A stretch of 64,000 nt of DNA from Callorhinchus milii (lineage: Eukaryota): contig NW_024704772.1 of NCBI RefSeq assembly GCF_018977255.1, positions 372,001 through 436,000 of the forward strand, read 5' to 3'. Below, piece after piece: positions 24,883 through 44,772 of this stretch (its first letter is position 1; each line of letters begins with the position of its first letter). The notes under the pieces are model-generated. The model saw only the letters and a program-made list of their open reading frames with translations, was not told where the DNA came from and did no database searches. Position numbers and translations under genes: made by a program.

Positions 24883-25699
24883 GGGACGGGGAAAAAAATG
24901 TGTGTGTAGGTTTTTTGGGGGTTGGGGGGGAGAAATACCTTTTTCTCTTCACCGCCCTCTCTATCTCTCCCTTTCCATCTCTCTACCTCTCTCCCACTCT
25001 TTCTCTTCTCACTCCCGTCCTCTAAGTCACTTGGACTTGTAAGGATTTTGAGTATTCAGACTTGTAAAGTGATGGACATCTGAGAAGAGGACACATCAGG
25101 AGCTGATGTGTGTTTTACAGCGACTGGAACATCTGTAACTGGAATTGGAACCCACTGTTAAGATGGCAACGATGTGTTTCTTACGTTTGATCCGGAGCCT
25201 TATCACGTCGTTGAGAACCTCACAGCTCTTCACAGGATTTAACTGTCGAGTACATTTGTAATCGGTAGTGCATATTAGCCGCCAGTTCTCAACCCAGCAA
25301 CAGCCTCACAGACAGTGGGAAGTAAACTCCAGTGATATCTGGAGGATTGGCAGTCAGGACACCAGCCAGGAGAGAGAAACCGTCTTTGTTCGAAGAGCTT
25401 TTAATGTCCACCTGAGCCGGGCACAGTTGGGGAGTAACGGTTTAACATCTCGTCCGAAGACAGCACCTCCGACTGCATCGCTTCCCCCAACACTACGTGT
25501 GTTAGAAAGACAATCAGATTAGTCAAGTAAACTCCTCGGGGAAAATCCAGGTAAGTGCAGCGAACTGAGATGAGGAGTGTTGGTTCAGTGGATAAGTCAG
25601 TGGTGGTGAGAATGGGCGACTGAGTAATACACTTGCGGGCGGGGTTTAACCAGAGAGAGGGAGGTGATTTAACTAAAGAATGAGGGAGAGGGAAACAAC

Positions 25700-26080
25700 A
25701 ACAACAAATGACATTTATTATGTGTCATGTCAGGAAGACATCCCAAGGCGCTGGATAGTCATGGGGGTTGGGATCAGGAGGGAGGTAGGGTGGGGCAAGG
25801 AGGGTGACTGGAGGAGCGACTGAAGAGGAGGGTCTTGAAGGAGGTGAGGGACGGGGCGTTGGGATGGAGTGCCACAGGGTCCGGGCAGAAAGGGTGAAGG
25901 TTCGACCACCAATGATGGAGTGGTCCAGGCGGGGGACAGGGAGCAGAGGGGTGATCGCAGCCACAGGCTGTGTGTGAGGGACCCCAAGGTGAAGGAGCCC
26001 TTCCCTCAACCACTAGACCCCTCCTTCTCCATCTTCAGGTCGCGCCTGAAGACCTTCCTCTTTGACCTACGGTCACCTTC
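25700..26080 (-). mobile_element. LINE2 3' fragments
   Basis: Minus-strand IGGRTFTLSARTLWHSIP and TSFKTLLF with an L2 tail. A second short + strand piece reads FRSRLKTFLFD. Confidence 0.65.
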
Positions 26081-26499
26081 CCCCCCGCGCCCTCCCCCCC
26101 TCCGCCGGCTCGGCCTCGGCCATTGTTAAGGGCCCTGGGAAGCTAAGAAGGAGGTCAGTTTTGTGGGGGGGGTGGGGGTGGAGGGAGGGGAGGGGGGCAA
26201 TGTGCCTTTAAGAAGCATGTCCAGTTGGAGCCATGACATCACCCTCCTGGGTGCGCATGTGTGGTCAGTGTGGGGGGGGTGTGGGGGGTGTGTGTGTGTC
26301 CCTTTAACACCGAGTTCGCAGCTCAGAGCTCAGACTCCGCAGTGATTTATATCTCTGTTCAAAAACCCCTTTGATCCCCAATGCCTTTTTTTTAAAAAAA
26401 AAACCGTATTTATTTATTTGTACTGTGCATTTCTCTCTTTAGCTGTTGTTTGTGCCTTTCTCTCTCTCTCTCTCTCTCTCCTCCTCTCCTCTCCTCCTC

Positions 26500-26590
26500 T
26501 CCTCTCCTCCCCCTCAGGCTTTCCTCATTGTTTTCCAGGACAGTTTGATTTGGAGACAGAGAGGAGAGAGAGAGACTCTCTCACACACAG

Positions 26591-26625
<35 letters not shown>

Positions 26626-26699
26626 AGAGGCTTCTGGCAGTGAGGGGCAGAGTGTGAGAGAGGAGAGAGAGGAGGGAGAGAGGGAGAGGACATGCCGAG
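26500..26699 (+). other. TMEM184B: Putative 5' non-coding exon of TMEM184B
   Basis: Strong donor GAG|GTAAGC at 26700, a GA-rich leader, an upstream TGCGCATG (NRF1-like) motif near 26252, and a position between the CSNK1E 3' end and the first coding exon. The start is approximate. Confidence 0.4.
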
Positions 26700-27739
26700 G
26701 TAAGCAGAGCCACAACTTTTACTTGGAATTGTATGTGTGCAAATGTTTTTTCCCCCAAAAAAGATTGTTTTAATGCAAGAAAATACAATAGGAAAGAGAT
26801 CGTTTGTGTATAAACTGTTTTGCACGAATGAATAAAAAGGCACTCTGTTTTATTGCTGCTCCTGTCCCCCCCCCCCACTCCCCCCCCCCCACTGCCCCCC
26901 ACTCCCCCCCCATTCCCCCCCACTCCCCCCCACTCCCCCCGAAAAAAAATCGAAAGGCTTTGCAGAGAATTTCCTCACTGCCTTTGACTTGTACGGTTCA
27001 CCATTTTTAGTAGTGTTTTTTTTTGCANNNNNNNNNNNNNNNNNNNNNNNNNNNNNNNNNNNNNNNNNNNNNNNNNNNNNNNNNNNNNNNNNNNNNNNNN
27101 NNNNNNNNNNNNNNNNNNNNNNNNNNNNNNNNNNNNNNNNNNNNNNNNNNNNNNNNNNNNNNNNNNNNNNNNNNNNNNNNNNNNNNNNNNNNNNNNNNNN
27201 NNNNNNNNNNNNNNNNNNNNNNNNNNNNNNNNNNNNNNNNNNNNNNNNNNNNNNNNNNNNNNNNNNNNNNNNNNNNNNNNNNNNNNNNNNNNNNNNNNNN
27301 NNNNNNNNNNNNNNNNNNNNNNNNNNNNNNNNNNNNNNNNNNNNNNNNNNNNNNNNNNNNNNNNNNNNNNNNNNNNNNTCTTCCAGGTTAGAAATACAGA
27401 GGTTGGGAGTTTTTGGTTTTGTGTATATATAAGAAAGAAAATTGATTTACGGCACTATTTATATATCTATATATCTCACAGTGCTGAGGTTTACACTGTT
27501 TAAAACAGGAGGGAGGGAGAGGGATGGGGGAGAGAGAGAGAGAGAGTGGGGGGAATGTTTCAGACAGTGTGGGGTTGTGTGTGAGGGTTCGTGGCCTTCC
27601 CCCCACCCCACAGGCTGTGTGTGAGGTTCTGCTGCAGTGCAAATCCAGTCGGTGTTTAGTAACCTAATTTAGGGGAGAGACAGAGAGAGAGAACGATTTA
27701 TACATCTGTGTGTGTGTTTGTGCTTTTTCCTGCATGTTT

Positions 27740-28510
27740 CTGTGTGTGCGTGTGTGCTGGCACTGTGTGTGTGCTGGCACTGTGTGTGCGTGTGTGCTCG
27801 CACTGTGTGTGCGCGTGTGCTCGCACTGTGTGTGCGCGTGTGCTCGCACTGTGTGTGCGTGTGTGCTGGCACTGTGTGTGCGTGTGTGCTGGCACTGTGT
27901 GTGCGTGTGTGCTTGCACTGTGTGTGCGTGTGTGCTGGCACTGTGTGTGTGCGTGTGTGCTCGCACTGTGTGTGTGCTGGCACTGTGTGTGTGCGTGTGT
28001 GCTCGCACTGTGTGTGTGCTGGCACTGTGTGTGTGCTTGCACTGTGTGTGTGCGTGTGTGCTGGCACTGTGTGTGTGCGTGTGTGCTCGCACTGTGTGTG
28101 TGCTGGCACTGTGTGTGTGCTTGCACTGTGTGTGTGCGTGTGTGCTGGCACTGTGTGTGTGCGTGTGTGCTCGCACTGTGTGTGTGCTGGCACTGTGTGT
28201 GTGCTTGCACTGTGTGTGTGTGCTTGCACTGTATGTGTGCGTGTGTGCTGGCACTGTGTGTGTGCGTGTGTGCTGGCACTGTATGTGCGTGTGTGCTGGC
28301 ACTGTGCGTGTGTGCTGGCACTGTGTGTGCGTGTGTGCTGGCACTGTGTGTGTGTTTGCACTGTGTGTGTGCGTGTGTGCTGGCACTGTGTGCGTGTACT
28401 GTGTGTGTGCGTGTGCTGGCTCTGTGTGCGTGTACTGTGTGTGTGCGTGTGCTGGCTCTGTGTGCGTGTACTGTGTGTGTGCGTGTGCTGGCTCTGTGTG
28501 CGTGTGTGCT
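27740..28510. repeat. Compound minisatellite: gtgct(gg/cg/tg)cac cores separated by (TG)n
   Basis: More than 35 units. Source of the HTQCQHT/CVCAG pseudo-ORFs. Confidence 0.9.
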
Positions 28511-29399
28511 GCATGAATCATTTTTATGCTGTATTATTGTCGTTCTGTCACCCATCATTGTAAAATTTATAGTTTGCACACCTCTGTCTCGAGGAGTTAG
28601 CGGAGAGTTTATCAGTTTCTCCATCACACACAACACACAGCACAGCAAGAACATGGAACGTTTGCTTACAGTGTAGTGACTGTTTTGCGAGCGAACACAA
28701 CAGTCAATTTGCACACAGCAATGTCCCCCCCCCCCCCCCCATTAACGCTTGTGCCGTGGCAGAAAGTTGTGGGTTCAAGCCACCGTGCGGGGGAGGGAGG
28801 GGGAAGAGGGGAGTTCCCCACCCCCCCACGGTATCCTGGCTGGCAATCCCTCCCCCTCCGATAGAGCAGGTGTTTGCAGGCGCAGCGGTGGCTGTGTGTA
28901 GGTGGAGCGGACACGCACACAGGTGACTGACTGAGTGAGTGGAGTCTGTGTGTTATTTACTGCTCTGTGGGTGAAGATGAACAGCATTGTCCTGGGAATT
29001 CAATCTTTTCCGCTGTTTGTGTTCGGAGTCTCGGTGTTCCCGGCTCTGGCTCTCGTCACGGCACAGAAACGGACCGTTCAGCCCAGACCAGTCCAGTCCG
29101 GTGGTTAATAATCCTGGATTTTTTTTGCGGGATGCGTTCGGCACCGTCACGGCGCTGAGACGCCTCACAGTCCTTCACGGAACGTACCGTAAAGTGGAGT
29201 GACTGGATTTTTTTTGTAAAGTGTAGTGTCTGTGCGTCTGTAGGCGGACACAGGGAAAGGCCTTAGGGTCTTTGCCTCAAAGACCATCATTGGATATGCG
29301 CTCACTCTTCCCCCCCCCCCCCCACCCCTCTCTCTCTACTGTAAGCGCTTCTCAGATGCCACCCTGTTTGGAGGGAGTTAAATAAGTGCAAGTTATTGT

Positions 29400-29430
<31 letters not shown>

Positions 29431-30384
29431 CCCTCTCCCCGTCTCCTCTCTCTCCCCTCTCCCTATCTCTGTCTCCTCCTGTAGAGACCGCTTGGCTCAG
29501 CATCAATTGCTGACGTGGAGGAATGTCTCTGTCTCTCTCTCTGTGTATAACAGACGGCCTTGACACAGTGAATGAATCTGCCTGTGACCTCCCCCCCCCC
29601 CCCCCCCCCCCCCCCCCGCCCCCCCCCCCGCCCTCGCTTCCCGGACACACAGCAAACTGAACTGGGGGCAAAATAAACAGCTCCCCCCACATTACTGTCT
29701 ACTGACGTTTTACACCCTCCGACACAGTCAACAATCTTTACGTTAGTCGCCCCCTCCTCTCCCCCCTGCCCCCCCAACCCCTCCACGTGATCTCTCTCAC
29801 TCTCCTCAGCATAACATCCACCTCTCTCCCCCCCTCCGCCTCTCTCTCTCCATCTCCCCCATGCCCCCCCCTCCCTCTGAGAACACACTGGAGTCTCTCT
29901 TTCTCTGCCCGGCCCAGTGTGTGGGGAGGGGGCTGTCTGTACACATACTGTCAGCCCCAAACACACTTCGGCTCAGTGTCGAGCTCTGGCACTGTGAAGC
30001 GCTCTGGGACCCCTACCCTGTGTCGTTGAGACATCCTGCTGAAGGGAGAGGCGGTGTGTTAGATCAAGTCAGGGCTGTTATGTCCAGTCTGTGCCGGGGT
30101 TTATGCCCCACCACACGCTGAGGGGAGGTGTGGGGTGGGGGGGGGGGGGGGGTTCAGGCTGCTGTAACATTCCCCATTGTGAGGCTGAGTTGGGAAAGTT
30201 TCCAGGATTTGGCCGGGAGCCACGGAGCCTGGTATCTGGGCGGTGAGATTCCCCACGTCAGCTTTTCCTCATCAGCCGGGAGCTCGCTCGCCCGCTCTCG
30301 CTCACTTTTCCTCTCTCACTTGTGCTTACATTCTCATTTTCTCTCACACACTCTTTCTATCACTCACACGTTCCCCCCTTTACT

Positions 30385-30416
<32 letters not shown>

Positions 30417-30686
30417 CCTCTTTCTCTCTTTCTGTTCTGTATTTCGCCCACAAAGTACAGTCACTTCGCTTTACAGTGACTTCCTGTGAAGCGCTTTGAG
30501 AAGTCTCGAAGACGTGATGAGGCGCTTTAACAAATGCAAGGATTATTATTATTATTATCTCACTTACTCTCTGTTCTCTCTCCCTCTCACACACCCCCTC
30601 ACTCTCACTTTCTCTCTCCCACACCCCCACCCTTCGCTCACACTCCCTTTCTCACACTCTTACACATCTCTCTCTCTCTCCCCCAG

Positions 30687-37586
<6,900 letters not shown>

Positions 37587-37799
37587 CCGTGGCTCAGGCT
37601 CTGATGTCGGGGTACGTGTGGGCAGTGACCAGTATAAGAACTAAACGAAGGGTTCATTTGGGTTCTGTGTCCCTCAGTCCTGTGCCTTTCTCCCGGGGGG
37701 TAAGGGGGTGGGTGGGGGCGGGTGTGGCAGGGTGAGAAACTGACCCTAACCAACAACCAACCGCTCCCATGTTCCAGCACCACTTCGGTCAAGTTGCAT

Positions 37800-38150
37800 G
37801 TGTGAGTGTGCTATCTGTCACAGGGTATGTGTTTCTGTGCGCGTGTGTGTGTGCTGTCTTATAGGTTGTGTGGGTGTGTGTGCGTGTGTGTGCTGTCTGT
37901 CACAGGCTGTGAGTGTGCGTGCTGGGCGGTGTCTGTGTGCTGTCTGTTACAGGCTGTGTGTGTGTGCACACGCTGGCCTGCGTGTGTGCTGTCTGTTACA
38001 GGCTGTGTGTGTGTGCTGTCTGTTACACGGTGTGTGTGTGCGTGCGCTGGACTGTGTGGTGTGCTGTCTGTTACAGGGTGTGTGTGTGTGTGCGCGCGCT
38101 GGCCTGTGTGTGTGCTCTCTGTTACAGGGTGTGTGCGTGTGTGCGCTGAT
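37800..38150. repeat. Minisatellite (gtgtgctgtctgttacagg(c/g)tgtg) in the TMEM184B 3'UTR
   Basis: About 8 degenerate units. Confidence 0.75.
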
Positions 38151-39105
38151 TTGCAGTGTATGACACACTATCAACGATTTGACTTTTTCTTACACATTTT
38201 GCCGAAATAGTGGGGTTTTGTTTTGTGTTTATAACGAACTCGTAGTTATTAATGTCACCTTTTTTCAGACCGTTTGTAGCCAAAATGGTTGATTTAATTT
38301 TTCCATCGATGGCCGCCCAACCATTCTGTGTGGTGGGGGGGGAGGGAATACATTAACCTTGACGTTAATCCCAGTTTCTGGTGGATGTTAAACCCCCCTC
38401 TCCCCCCTCCCAATTCTGTGTGTGTGTGTGCGTATAAAATTGGTTACTACATTTCACAGTAAAACCCCAGGAAGCGCTTTGAGACGCATTTGCTTCTGAT
38501 GTGAAAGGTGTCGTATTTAAATGCGAGGATTGTTATCAATAATGGTGAGAAATAATTCCAACATGTGGACGGACAAATATAATCCAGAATTGCCCCCCAC
38601 TCCCCCGCCCAGTGTGTGTGTGTCTGTACAGGGGCGCGAAAGGAGAGACGGACAGAAACCCTCTGTGTCTTGGATGATATTTTTTCTTTCTAATGTTTTG
38701 CGACCTTTGTGAATATCCGCATTTAGGCTGTGNNNNNNNNNNNNNNNNNNNNNNNNNNNNNNNNNNNNNNNNNNNNNNNNNNNNNNNNNNNNNNNNNNNN
38801 NNNNNNNNNNNNNNNNNNNNNNNNNNNNNNNNNNNNNNNNNNNNNNNNNNNNNNNNNNNNNNNNNNNNNNNNNNNTGTGTGTGTGNNNNNNNNNNNNNNN
38901 NNNNNNNNNNNNNNNNNNNNNNNNNNNNNNNNNNNNNNNNNNNNNNNNNNNNNNNNNNNNNNNNNNNNNNNNNNNNNNNNNNNNNNNNNNNNNNNNNNNN
39001 NNNNNNNNNNNNNNNNNNNNNNNNNNNNNNNNNNNNNNNNNNNNNNNNNNNNNNNNNNNNNNNNNNNNNNNNNNNNNNNNNNNNNNNNNNNNNNNNNNNN
39101 NNNNN

Positions 39106-39517
39106 TGTGTGTGTGTCAGCCCGGCTCGGTGCTGTGTGTGTGTGTGTCAGCCCGGCTCGGTGCTGTGTGTGTGTGTGTGTCAGCCCGGCTCGGTGCTGTG
39201 TGTGTGTGTGTCAGCCCGGCTCGGTGCTGTGTGTGTGTGTGTGTCAGCCCGGCTCGGTGCTGTGTGTGTGTGTGTCAGCCCGGCTCGGTGCTGTGTGTGT
39301 GTGTGTCAGCCCGGCTCGGTGCTGTGTGTGTGTGTGTCAGCCCGGCTCGGTGCTGTGTGTGTGTGTGTCAGCCCGGCTCGGTGCTGTGTGTGTGTGTCAG
39401 CCCGGCTCGGTGCTGTGTGTGTGTGTGTCAGCCCGGCTCGGTGCTGTGTGTGTGTGTGTGTGTGTCAGCCCGGCTCGGTGCTGTGTGTGTGTGTGTGTGT
39501 GTGTCAGCCCGGCTCGG
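39106..39517 (+). repeat. Minisatellite: constant cagcccggctcggtgc core plus variable (TG)n
   Basis: 13 visible cores with a period of ~29-37 nt. The array runs into an N-gap upstream. Confidence 0.9.
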
Positions 39518-39620
39518 TCGGTCGCACTCTTGCCTCTGAGTCAGAAGGCTGTGGGTTCGAGCCTCTGCCACACACACACACGTTGGGGATTTGAGCTCAC
39601 AGTCCAAGTTGATCTCTGAC
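39505..39620 (+). mobile_element. tRNA-derived SINE head
   Basis: cggctcggtcggtcgcactcttgcctctgagtcagaaggctgtgggttcgagcc contains A-box-like and B-box (GGTTCGAGCC) motifs and is homologous to the head at ~6400-6465 (-). Confidence 0.7.
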
Positions 39621-39818
39621 ACAGTGTGAGAACAATGTCGTTCCCAGGTGGCATATTGTACATATAATATATATATATAGATATACTGTAAGATATAAAG
39701 GTGTCCGAGATGACAAACGCCTAGTTTTGTATCTAGAGTTGTTTTATGTGTGTGTCACAGAAGCTGCTTCTATTTTCCCTCACGGTTCAATCTCGTTTCT
39801 CCTCCCGAGAGAAAGTTC

Positions 39819-39824
39819 AATAAA
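39819..39824 (+). terminator. TMEM184B: Candidate poly(A) signal of TMEM184B
   Basis: AATAAA after an AU-rich, TGTA-containing block, ~2.2 kb downstream of the stop. Confidence 0.45.
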
Positions 39825-41346
39825 GATCTGATAGCGATTGCGGCTTCACAGTGTCACAGCTCTCTTTGCCCCCGCAACTGAGGGAGTTGGGGTGGGTGGG
39901 AAGCTGGGGCAGAACAAGACTGTGAACCGAGCTCTCTACCCGTCTGTGCCCTGTTCAGGCGGACGTTAAAGTTAAAAAGAGAAGGGAACCTCTCTCTGTG
40001 TCCTGGCCAACAATTTCCCTCCCCGATAAAATCACCAGTTCGCTCACTTCACTGCTAATTCACGCCTGTGTGTGTGTGTGTGTGTGTGTGTCCCGCACAC
40101 AATCGGACACAGCAATAAATACATGGAATAGTCATAAAAGGTGACAAACTTTTTTTTTATATATAATATATATAATATAATCTCTTTATATAAAAGATAC
40201 ATCTTGGGTATCTACAATCCACACACGGCTGGTAGGAGGGGAGTGGGGGGGGGTGACGAGGAACATTGAATAATTTACGCAATAAATTAATGGAATCTGT
40301 TGCTCGGTTTGCTTCCTCCTTCCTTCTCACCTCCCCCCCCCCCCCACCCCCCTCCAGCGCTTTGCCCCTTCTGTAGCTCCCTCCCCCCCACCCTAAGCGC
40401 CCCCACCGCTCCCCCCACCCCGAGCAAGGACAGTGTGAAGTGTCCCACAGTCTAGCGAAATACCGTTTAATTATTAAATACAGAGATAAAAAAAACCTAA
40501 TATTTCTATGTACAGAGATAGAGCCTGAAAAATCACTCCCCAACCACACTCTACCCTCACTTGTCCCTATTCCTGCCCCCATCCGACTCACTTTGTGTCT
40601 CTTTACCCCAATCCTCTCCACTCCATGACCCCGCTCCCAGCTCGGGCATTGCCAAGCTCTTTGAGAAGTTCTCCCGACGTGGAAGGTCCTGTGTAAACAT
40701 AATTGTTATCAAACCGCTCGCTCCGTCAGGGTCCCTGTTCTTCGCCCACTGAAGCTATCATCACTGGGTCAGTTTGTGCTGAATCCTCTGCTCACGCCTT
40801 TCATTCCAGCTGCGGATTCTCCCCTGAGAAACCTGGGTTACCCCCCCACCCCCTCGCTCTTTATCAAACCCCCAAACCAACACGCACCATTTCTCAACTT
40901 GCCTTTTCCTTTCATGTTCCTCTCAAGACCTTCCTCTTTGACCACGTCTTCAGTTATCTCCCCCCTCCCTCCCTCCCTCCCTCTCGCCTCTTCCCCTCCC
41001 CCAGCTCCCCCCAGTTTGGGACGTCCTGCCGATGGGACACGGGACCGTATGTGAAGGTAAATTAGTCGTGTGCTGTCCTTGAAACCAAATCCCCCCCCAC
41101 CCAATGTTACTGATTCCCACCCTCTGACAATGAGCAGGGAAGCGAGTGGTGGAGGGGAGAGCAACACCACCAAGTGCCCCTCACGCAGGGTAGCTTCCCA
41201 GAGCGCTTGAGGGCGGGGGACACTGGGAGGGGGTGGGGGCAATGGGGAGCGGGAGGGGAGAGAGAGCAGGGGGAAATGGGGAAGGGGAGAGGAGAGGGTT
41301 AATGGGCAGTGGGGAGGACGGGGCGGGGGGGCAGTGAGTGCGAGTG

Positions 41347-42678
41347 CTAGCGGCGAGCCGGGTCAGCAGACTTGACGCTGGTGATGACGCTGGCCGTATT
41401 GGCTCTGGCGGCTGACACGGTGCGGGCGAAGCTCTGCAGGGCCTGGTACTTGGCGCGCAGGTTGTCCAGCTCGCCCCTCATGCTCTCGTTCTCCTCCGCC
41501 AGCTTCTCCACCTCGTCCTGCAGCTCCGCTCGCTGCTGCTCCAGCTCCTCTCTCTGCGTCACGCGCTTCACACGGCAGCTCGCAGCGTAACCGCGGTTCT
41601 TTAGCGTCCGGCGTCTCTGCTTCAGGTCCACCACCTGCTCCTTGCTCAGCCCCCGCAAGTGGTGGTTCAGCTCTCTCACCGACAGAGACACCAACTCCTG
41701 GTCAGTCAGGGCCTGGGAGATCTCTCCCGATTCCCTCTTCACCTGCACACAGAAAACAACGCACAGCAACCAATTACATTGACGTAGGGACAGGAGGAGA
41801 CCATTCAGCCTCTCGAGCCTGTTCCGCCATTCTATTAGATCATGGTTGATCTGTATCTCAACTCCAATTACCCGCCTTTGCCCCGGATCCCTTGATCCCC
41901 CGACCTCACAAACCTCTCTCCACCTCAGGCTGGAAAATTTGAATGGATTCAGCATCCACAACCTTTTGGCTTTTTTTACTCAGGGCCTTTGACATCGGGT
42001 GGACATCCCAAGGTGCTGACAGACCAGGACAGGAGGGGACGTGGAGCAGACCAGAGCCACTGAGCTGAGGGAGTGGATCGGTCAGTATAGAGTTAGCAGG
42101 TCAGAGTTAGGGAGGACACCTCATTATAGCAGATGTACCAAAGCTCCCTGCGCCTTCCACAGCTCAGCACGCTTCACCGTCAAGTGTAGTGACTGAGTTC
42201 GAGGGCAAACCAGGCAGCCGATTTTGCGCACTCAAACAAACAGCCGATCGGAGATTTGGGACGTCCACCCAACGTGAAAGGCGCTGTACAAACGTAATTT
42301 GTTGTTCTTGTTTAATCCGGGGGGATTGTCGGGAAAGGACATAAGACCGGGGAGAGAGAGAGAGGGAGACTCTCTTCTATTTTCCCGATAGCCACAGGGA
42401 GCTTTTAACGCACGTCTGAACAGGTCAGCGCTCGGTTTAGCCTCTCATCGAAAGGCCGGCGGCACCTCTGCGCAGCCAGTAAGTATAAACAACAACAAGC
42501 ACTTCCATTATATAGCACCTCTTTACGCTGGGGAGTGTCCCAGAGTGAGTAAATATTGTCCCGTTCTGTGAAATCAGGCGCAGTGTGGAGGGTTAGAGAC
42601 TGTTTGATGGCCCACAGACAGTGGGGAGCTCGTCTCTCTTACCCTCAGGGCTTTGCTTGTTCGGTTGGTGTTCATCAT
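41347..42678 (-). CDS. MAFF: Small Maf bZIP transcription factor MafF (143 aa)
   Basis: Exons 42678-42643 ([12 protein letters not shown]|GTAAG) and 41742-41347 (VKRE...[21 protein letters not shown]...[21 protein letters not shown]...LQSFARTV...SVITSVK). Assigned to MAFF by the YAASCRVKR motif and its position between TMEM184B and PLA2G6. Confidence 0.92.
41788..41970 (-). mobile_element. CR1-type LINE 3' end fragment
   Basis: Minus strand gttgagatacagatcaaccatgatctaatagaatggcggaacaggctcgagaggctgaatgg. Other copies at 58060-58137 and 59640-59850. Confidence 0.65.
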
Positions 42679-43637
42679 GTCCGCGGGGAGAGATTTGCCA
42701 GAACCGGAGCCTGGGCTGTGGAGAGGAGACAAGTTAGTGGAGAGAGAGAGAGAGAGAATGTGCCACCATCTCCCCCTAATATTAACCTTTGCTATTCTCT
42801 CTGCTGGCAGTGCCCTCACCCAGTGAGCAAGTCGGGGGGAGGGAGAGCACGAGGATGTCCTTCGGATCAGACGTTAAATCTCACTCCCCAGTCCAGGCCC
42901 TGTTCAGGTGGACGTTAAAGATCTCCCGCGACGCTGTTGGAAAACAGAAGGGAGTTTCTCTCTCCTGACAATCCTGAAGACAAAAATCTGTCGTTCACTT
43001 CCCGGGGACGTCGTTGGGCACACATCGGCTGCCGCGTTCACCCGCAAAACCCACAAGCACTACATTAAAGAGACTTTGAGACTTCTCCCGGGGCAAGTGC
43101 GAAAGGCGCTGTGTCAAATGAGCGAATGAACAGATTATTTATTCAAAAATAATTTAAAAGATGGCACCACAGCACTGTGTGTGTGTGTGTGTGAGGGGGG
43201 GGGGGGGGGGGGGGGGGGAGAGAGAGAGAGAGAGGGTGAGAGAAAAGAGTCAGTTAAATCCCTTAAATCCACAAAATATACGCCTCAACAACGTGATAAG
43301 GCGCTATATCAAACGTAAGGATTATTATTAAGTCTGCAAATGGATTCCAGGCAACTGGTGTGTGCGTTTGTGTGTAAAAAAACACACACACACACACACA
43401 CAAGTTAAATATTAAGCAGATGGCGGAACAGTAATAACTTGTGGCTCAAACATGTTGCTTGTGGCAACTTTTGCTCTCAACGCCGCCGACTCCTCTCTGT
43501 TTTCTTTTAGGGAATAACATCAATGGATATAGTAAACGGGTAGTTTTGGGACCTATGCGCATGTGACCCGCCAGGAAGGTGGAAGGTGAACTAGATGGAC
43601 CTCCGTCTTCTTTTGTCCAACATTTCTTAAGCTCTTC

Positions 43638-43963
43638 TAATAATAATAATAATAATAATCCTTGCATGTGATACAGACGTCTCAAAGCGCTTCACAGAAC
43701 ATACTGTAAAGCGCAGCGACTGTGTATTTTGTGGGCGAAACGCGGCAGCCACTTGCGCACAGCGGCGTCTCCCACACAAACAGCCGTGGATTTTTTTTTG
43801 GGGGGAGGGGGATCATTACCCCCGGAAAAACGATCCGCCAATCGCCTTCGGGAGCGGTGGATTCCTACATCCCGCTCGGTAGACACGGCTCACCCCGACC
43901 TGCCCGGGGATCGAACCCCTTCGCCCGCGAAGGCGATCGCTCTCACCACTGAGCTACGGGACT
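43638..43963 (-). mobile_element. Near full-length tRNA-head SINE
   Basis: Head gtcccgtagctcagtggtgagagcgatcgcc...ggttcgatcccc, family core and tail, and a (TTA)n end. Confidence 0.8.
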
Positions 43964-44772
43964 CACATACACAAACAATCTCTCACACACATCCCCAGTT
44001 TGCCCCCCACAACCCCCCCCCACACCCCACAACCCCCCCATTTGAATCCTCTCCCCCTCCCCTCTGGAGTCGCCCCCAACTTCCTTGTTCTCGGTTCACA
44101 ATATTTACACTTACCTCTAAGATGTTCCTCTCCTCTCCTCTCCTGATTATATATATATTTTTTTTTCCTCCTTCTTGTTCTTCTCGAGTCCTTTCCCCTT
44201 CTCTCTCTCTCTCTCTCTCCCCCAAAACAGAACACCTTTTTTTATTAAAAAAAAATCCCACCCCACCCCCTCACCCCCTCTTCCTTATTTCTTCGCCTAC
44301 TCCTTGAGATCACTTGTCAAAAAAAAAAATTGCCACCAACCTCCCTCCGGACAAGAAAAAAAACGTTTCCCCCTCAGACACACACACACACACACACACA
44401 CACTGGAGGGGAGTTTTGGCTTAAAAGTTTATTAATTTTCTTTTTTTTTAANNNNNNNNNNNNNNNNNNNNNNNNNNNNNNNNNNNNNNNNNNNNNNNNN
44501 NNNNNNNNNNNNNNNNNNNNNNNNNNNNNNNNNNNNNNNNNNNNNNNNNNNNNNNNNNNNNNNNNNNNNNNNNNNNNNNNNNNNNAAAAACACAGAGAGA
44601 AAAAAAAAGAAAAAAAAAAAAATGCCCCAAAACAACAACAAAAAAAAACCAACTAAATAAACGCAGGAAAAACCCAGTGTTTTTTTTTGGGCCAAATAAT
44701 AAAAATAAAAAGAAAGAAAAAAAAAGAAACCGCTCCACCAAATGTCTGACAGTCACAGAGCGACCAGTCAGA

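Noticed and set aside
27664-28714. 270-340 aa His/Thr- or Cys/Val-rich ORFs
   Set aside because: Translation of a (TG)n-based minisatellite in all six frames.
39106-39517. CRISPR-like array (constant repeat with spacers)
   Set aside because: The spacers are only (TG)n, the context is vertebrate, and there are no cas genes. It is a SINE-derived minisatellite.
41743-41961. N-terminal extension of MafF in ORF 41347..41961
   Set aside because: Intronic and derived from a CR1-type repeat. The true first coding exon is 42643-42678.
43880-43963. tRNA genes (also 48167-48220 and 50900-50982)
   Set aside because: The A/B boxes are followed by SINE body and tail, and the cloverleaf arms are incomplete. 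These are SINE heads.
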